From contig JAHDGX010000002.1 of NCBI GenBank assembly GCA_020631575.1, forward strand, positions 1 to 51,179: a DNA stretch of 51,179 nt. Reading direction: 5' to 3'. The notes beneath the pieces were generated by a model, which worked only from the letters and a program-made list of their open reading frames with translations, made no database searches and was not told where the DNA came from. Shown here one piece after another: positions 45,769-51,179 of this stretch. Both the position numbers and the translations under genes were made by a program. This DNA comes from Candidatus Altimarinota bacterium (GTDB taxonomy: Bacteria > Patescibacteriota > Gracilibacteria > BD1-5 > UBA6164). The stretch's first letter is position 1. Every line of letters begins with the position of its first letter.

Positions 45769-47451
45769 ATGACCTACAAAATATCATATACATTCATTGT
45801 GGGGTTAATATGTATCCTAGGATCTCTCTATACAAGCTTCTTTTTTCATCTTAATGATATTATAAAAGTAGCAGATAGTTTTGCCTATTTTCAGATGAGT
45901 CACTTTCTTCAAAGCCTTTCTATAGAATGATTTTGAAATGGGTGGTTTGGATTTCTCTACTCCCTTCCTATTGCTGCAGTAAACTACGTTATTCACTCTG
46001 AAGTACTCGCAGCAAGAATCGTTAATATAATTCTTCTTAATATTTCAGCGCTCTTACTCTGGAAGGTATCAAGAAAAATTCTCTCCCAAAACTGGTCATA
46101 TATTGTGCTCATACTCTTTTTTATACACCCCACACTTCTCCATTTCCGAATTCATATACTGTCTGAAAATATATATATTCCTCTCTTTTTATCACTCTTT
46201 CTTTCGGTTATTATTTTTATAGAAAATATTCATTCTTATAAGAAGAGTGTCTCACAGACTATACTCATTGCGTGTCTTATCTGACTCATGTATCTTACCA
46301 GAGCAGAGGCATTTATATATATTGGTTCTATTGGAATAATCGCTTTATCTCTTATGATCAAGTGATCCATAGATATAAAGAAATTTCTCTCTCTCGGAGT
46401 TGTATTTTTTATAACATTTTTCTTGTTCATATCTCCATATTTGTTTTTTCTTCACTCTCTCACATGAGAATGGTGACTCACAAATAAATGAGCCTCAAAT
46501 CTCCGGCAAGCAGAACTCAGAGGGCAAGAGCAAATGGATGATAGTTGATTTGAAAGAGCTGTAGCAGAGCTCACAAGTGATAATAAACATCTCATTGCTG
46601 GTTTTGCAGGATGAATGCCATATAGTAAGCCTAGTATTGAGTGATCCCTTAAAAACTTTATATTAAAAGATCCTACATGATTTATTGATAGGATTCTCTG
46701 AAATCAAAAAAAACTATACACCACAAATTTTTCAGAGCTCTTTCTTGGTAAATCCCCTCAACTCTATCATTCAAATGACACAAGGTTCTCGCACCTGGGC
46801 TTTTTAGTAATAGTTCTTATTCCTATCTTCATATTTTTGCATGGTTTGCGAGAGCTTTATAAAAAACAAAAAAAATACTTTGGAATACTACTAAGTTTCT
46901 TTATTCCAGCATGTTTATTTTTCACACTCTTCTTTACGCTCAATAGATACTTTTTGATATTCATACCTTTTCTCATACTCATTTTTTGTTATGGAGCCAG
47001 CCAGCGAAATTCATTTAAATACACGAGTATTCTCAGCTGAGTAAGTATGATCTGTTATATTTCTCTCTTACTTCTTTCTACCTTTGTGTACTACAATACT
47101 GAATCACCAAAAGATAGTTATTATGAGCTCAAAAAAGAGGCTGGAGTATGGCTTTTTCAAAACATAGAAAATCCTCAAGAGTTGAAAATTATGGAACGAT
47201 TTCCTATCGTGACCTATTATTCTGATTCTAAAATACGCTACATTACCCCCTATACTTCCAATATAGAAGATATTTATGAATATGGCTTACACAATGATAT
47301 TGATATTCTCATTGCCGACAGTATGGACTTTCAAACCTATAGGCCAGAACTCAGTTATATCCTCTCTAAGACTCCAGATAACTTTAAACTGCTCAAAGAA
47401 TTTACAAACAGTAAAGAGCAGAAAGTTATTTTGTACAAACTCAAAAAATAA
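45769..47451 (+). CDS. GT-C fold glycosyltransferase (PMT/ArnT-like), 560 aa
   Basis: TM1 then VADSFAY; ILSENIY, YLTRAE, LNRYFLIFIP; C-terminal soluble domain. Confidence 0.75.
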
Positions 47452-47487
47452 TATACTGATAAGTATATTATTTTTTATATTATTTCT

Positions 47488-49545
47488 ATGTTACAAAAAC
47501 TTGTAAGTCTCGTTTTAGTCTTCCTGATTCCACTGAGTATAATTCACTCTGCTTTTTGAGACGATTCTCGCTCTTATATGTTAGAAAATATGTGAGAATA
47601 TAAAACATATGCTCTGGAAATGTGAGAGATGATTCCAAGTCTCGATGATAAGACTCTTGAGAGAGTTTCTCTTAAACTCTCTCAGATAGAATCTGATGAT
47701 GCGAAGCTTAATACCTTTGTAGAATATCTAGAACTCCTTATCTCAGATTCGCAGATACAAACAGTAGAAACAGTAAAGCAAGATCTAGGCCTCACTGAAA
47801 GCGAAAAAAGAAAGCTGGCAAGAGAAATAAAGAATATTGAATGAGACATGAAAAAAGAACTCAGTGAGTTTTTGGATGCTACCATATCATCATGGAACAC
47901 ACTCAGTAGATATGAAGAAAATGGTGACCTAAAAGCAAAACTTCAATATGCTGTTGAGAATCTCATAAAATTTGATGCTGAACTAAATATTTCAGAATAT
48001 ACCAATCAAGTACAAGTGTTTGACCAAAGTTTTGATGCTCAAATAGATGGATCATATACTACTGAGTTTTGGGGACAAAAAATAGATCTATCATGAGAAA
48101 GTAGTATAAACCTTATATCAAAATGAGGAGCGATATATTTGCGACTCAAAAATACTCAGCTCTCAAGCACAAACGAAGAAGTAGAGTTAGAACTCACTCC
48201 TCTTTTAGAAAAGCTCAATGAACTCTGAGAAAATAATACATATCTCTCATTTACTGATATAGACAGTGCAGAGATTATCTGATACCTTGAGAGTTTTAAC
48301 GGAAGTAGTTTAGAAAAAGAAATTGATGAAATATTCTCACAAGCACTTTTTGAAGCATATGCCAAAAATGAAGATGGATATCTCCTCAGACCAACAAAAC
48401 ATTTTTGTGATATGTGAAAAAAAATTACCAGAGTATTTGATCCATTTGGAGGGAAACTCTGTAGCGAGAAACAGTATGAAGATATGCTAGAAGATTTTTA
48501 CAAGTCGCAAACACAGATGGTTCTCTCACTTTGACTTGAAACAAAACTTTCGATTACAAACGCTCAAAGTATAGACGCATACGAAAAAATAAAAATCGAT
48601 TTTATTTGGAAAAATGCTTCTCTCAAAAACATGTCAATGACTATTTATGATGCTGCTGATCCTAGTATTTCATATTTAGATGTAAACTATACTCCTCAAA
48701 AATCACTTACTATAGTCTCAGATGTTCCTTGAGATCTCGAGCTCGATATGACTATGATATTTAACAGAGATGAATCCGTAAAATCTATGGACATGTCAAT
48801 GAAGCTAGAAGAAACGGTAACAGTAACAGCTCTCTATGACAATGATGCATTAGAAGCGAGCTTAGTATCAATAGATGATGATTTAGAAGTGACCTGCTCT
48901 ATAGCTTGAGATTTGGATAGCTCATATACTGATCTCACAGCAAAATGTATTCTCAGTGGGAAAGACGTAGAAAGAGAACTCACAAACGGTCAAGATTCTG
49001 TTCAAATAGACTCAGAGCTATATTTCAATGGAAGATCTCAAAAAAATGATTTGAGTTTTATGCTAGACGCGCAGCTGGATGAAGAGAACTATATTATCAT
49101 AGACATCACAAATACAGGAACTCGAAAAACAAGTTCACAAAAAAATATATCTGCTCCAACTAATACTGTAGATTATTTAGAATTCCTATGAAGTATAGAA
49201 ACGACAAATACTATCAATTATGATGCAGGTTACGAATATACATACGAAGAATATGATACTCATACTGAGTCATGTACCATCTATGATAATGGTGATAAAA
49301 ATTGTAGTAAATACTACAATGACAGGTCTGAAACATGTAACTACACAGCTGAAACTGACACAGAAACTTGTAGTACCTATGAATACGGCTATAGTATAGA
49401 AAACTATGAGTTTGATGATCACACTACCACATGTTATAGTTATGATGATGGAACATCTACTTGCTATGAGTATTATGATACTAAGACTCGGACTTGTAAC
49501 ATTAGTATAGAGAAAGAAATCAGCTGTAGTGAACGTGAATACTAG
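47488..49545 (+). CDS. Secreted acidic protein (685 aa) with duplicated Cys/Tyr-rich C-terminal module
   Basis: Signal peptide MLQKLVSLVLVFLIPLSIIHSAFG; fragments 47629, 47848 and 48913 in frame; TAG at 49543-49545. Confidence 0.78.
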
Positions 49546-50305
49546 AAAAATTCTTATCACCTATGCGCTTCCCAAAGAAGGGAAAGTTGCAAAGTCTTTT
49601 TTCGCGAATTATAAAAGTTCTCACCGTTTTGAGTTTCTAGAGCTCGGTATGTGAACACACAACACTCTACTAACACTCACTCAAAAGTTATCTGAGACAA
49701 AATATGATTTTGTGGTGAACTACGGAGTATGTTGATATACAGAGGAAAAAGAAGCTTGTATTCAGATAGCCCGAAGTGTGTATAGCCCGTCAGAAAAAGA
49801 ACTTACTATTCCTTTATTCTTCAAATTCGCTCCTCTCGCTTCATGTTTGTGTAGCGATAGACCAGTATATGATCCAAATACTCTTTGAGACCTCAAATAC
49901 GTTGATATGGAGAGTTATGGAGTAGAAAAGGTCTGTGAGCATTTTCGTATTCCTCGAATAATACTGAAAGTACCAATAGACAAGCTGTGAGAACAAACAC
50001 AGAATTTTGACAGAGAAGCTGCGTGTAAAACTATGGAAGAAAATCTCAATTTTCACGTGCTCACTCAGGGGATTAAAAAATATCTCGATTCTTTACAAGA
50101 GTCTCCAGAACTAGAAAAGTATAAAGATTTTTTCTGATTTACAGTCAGTGAGAATATAATATTTGAAAAATACTACCACGCTTATAGTTCTCTCTCTGAG
50201 AGAGATTTTGATGTATTTTATACTACAAATAAGAATCTCACTAAAGTGAAATTCCTAGAATTTTTGCGAGAAGAAATTAACTCTCTGAGAAATCTCATAT
50301 GATAA
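49535..50305 (+). CDS. Nucleoside phosphorylase/MTA-SAH nucleosidase-fold protein (256 aa)
   Basis: GTG start; ITYALPKEG, LELGMG, VVNYGVCG, YVDMESYGV, LKVPID. Confidence 0.75.
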
Positions 50306-51179
50306 TATATATAGAAAAGAGAGCAAAAAACTATCCCCAAGCTCAAGAAATAATATCTACATTTACGTCATCAGATATCGTAGAAATATCTCACTATAAA
50401 AATGTATTTGATAAAAATACAAGCTGACTGAAGGAGAAAAAAGCTCTTATAGTAGCAAAACTCGAGAGTCCTGCTATTACGGAGGCTCCAGCTTGATACG
50501 GTCATACAAAGCATGCTTATTTCTTTAAGACCTCTCTCAACTGTATTTACGATTGTAGTTACTGTTTTCTCAAATGAGCATTTAAAACTGAACATATGGT
50601 ATGCTTTGTAAACTATGATGATATCAAGTCTCAAATATCCAGACATATTCAAGAGCTTCAAAAAGAAAAACTCTCAGGAGACATCTGGATGTACTCAAGT
50701 GACTATAGTGACATACAGTGAATGGACTGATTTTCAAATTTTAATCAGGAATTTATAGAATTCTTCGAAGGATTTTCTGGAGTCAAAATGGAAATACGTA
50801 CAAAGTCATGAAATATCCAGAGCTTACTCAAGTTATGATATGCCCCGAAAAATACAGAAGTAGCATTTTCGCTTAACCCTCAAGAGCTTATTGATAAATA
50901 TGAAACTGGTACAGCGAGTCTCAAGCAAAGAATAACATCTATAAACACGCTCCTAGAAGCCTGATGGAAGGTAGGAATTCGCTTACTCCCTCTTTTGCCT
51001 GTAAAATGATATCAAAAGGTATATAAAAACTTCTTTTTGCAGCTGTCTCAAGAAATAGATATGAGCGCTATATATTCCAGCTTTGCCTCTGGGCTCTTAT
51101 TTACAAAGCGTGACTACAAAGTTATGCTCAAAAAATACCCTGACCTTGATATTCTGCACTATCTTTCTCTTGAGGAAGA
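50299..51179 (+). CDS. Spore photoproduct lyase-like radical SAM protein (3' truncated)
   Basis: TSLNCIYDCSYCFLKG (CxxxCxxC), FVNYDDI, YSSDYSD, EIRTKS, AFSLNP...YETGTASLKQRI. Confidence 0.87.

Overview
AT-rich bacterial chromosome segment that uses genetic code 25 (TGA = Gly). TGA falls at invariant glycines of GyrA, RpsL, RpmA, RpoA, IF-2 and TrpRS, which points to Gracilibacteria (BD1-5/GN02) or Absconditabacteria (SR1) of the CPR/Patescibacteria. The supplied ORF track treats TGA as stop and is therefore fragmented. I re-read genes by hand in code 25; the longest ORFs were checked by frame consistency rather than codon by codon. Housekeeping genes: alaS (5' end), gyrA, archaeal-type glmU, tRNA-Thr(GGT), a rearranged ribosomal superoperon (infA-rpmJ-rpsM-rpsK-rpsD-rpoA-rplQ-rplM-rpsI-rpsL-rpsG-rpmA), infB, a jag/khpB-like gene, trpS, rpmH-rnpA-yidC, pyrH and rnj. 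Accessory and cell-surface content: (i) a four-gene minus-strand unit (22.3-31.7 kb) with a 1286-aa coiled-coil protein carrying PG-binding-like motifs and a (GTGTE)10...GEE tail, a divergent ATP-grasp ligase, a 56-aa lipoprotein also ending in GEE, and a 1365-aa DUF11/Cys-rich surface protein. This is the best candidate for an undescribed protein-modification system, but it is a hypothesis. (ii) An LPXTG protein. (iii) A type IV pilin fused to RCC1-like repeats. (iv) Four tandem VirB2/TrbC-like pilins with a HEXXH peptidase, divergent from a glycosylation cluster. (v) A nucleoside phosphorylase-like plus spore-photoproduct-lyase-like gene pair. Non-coding patterns: most recognisable sigma70-like promoters have a 16-bp spacer, three ATGA overlaps look like relics of TGA stops, and the rpsL-rpsG spacer is structured. 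No CRISPR array, rRNA, transposase, integrase or reverse transcriptase was seen.
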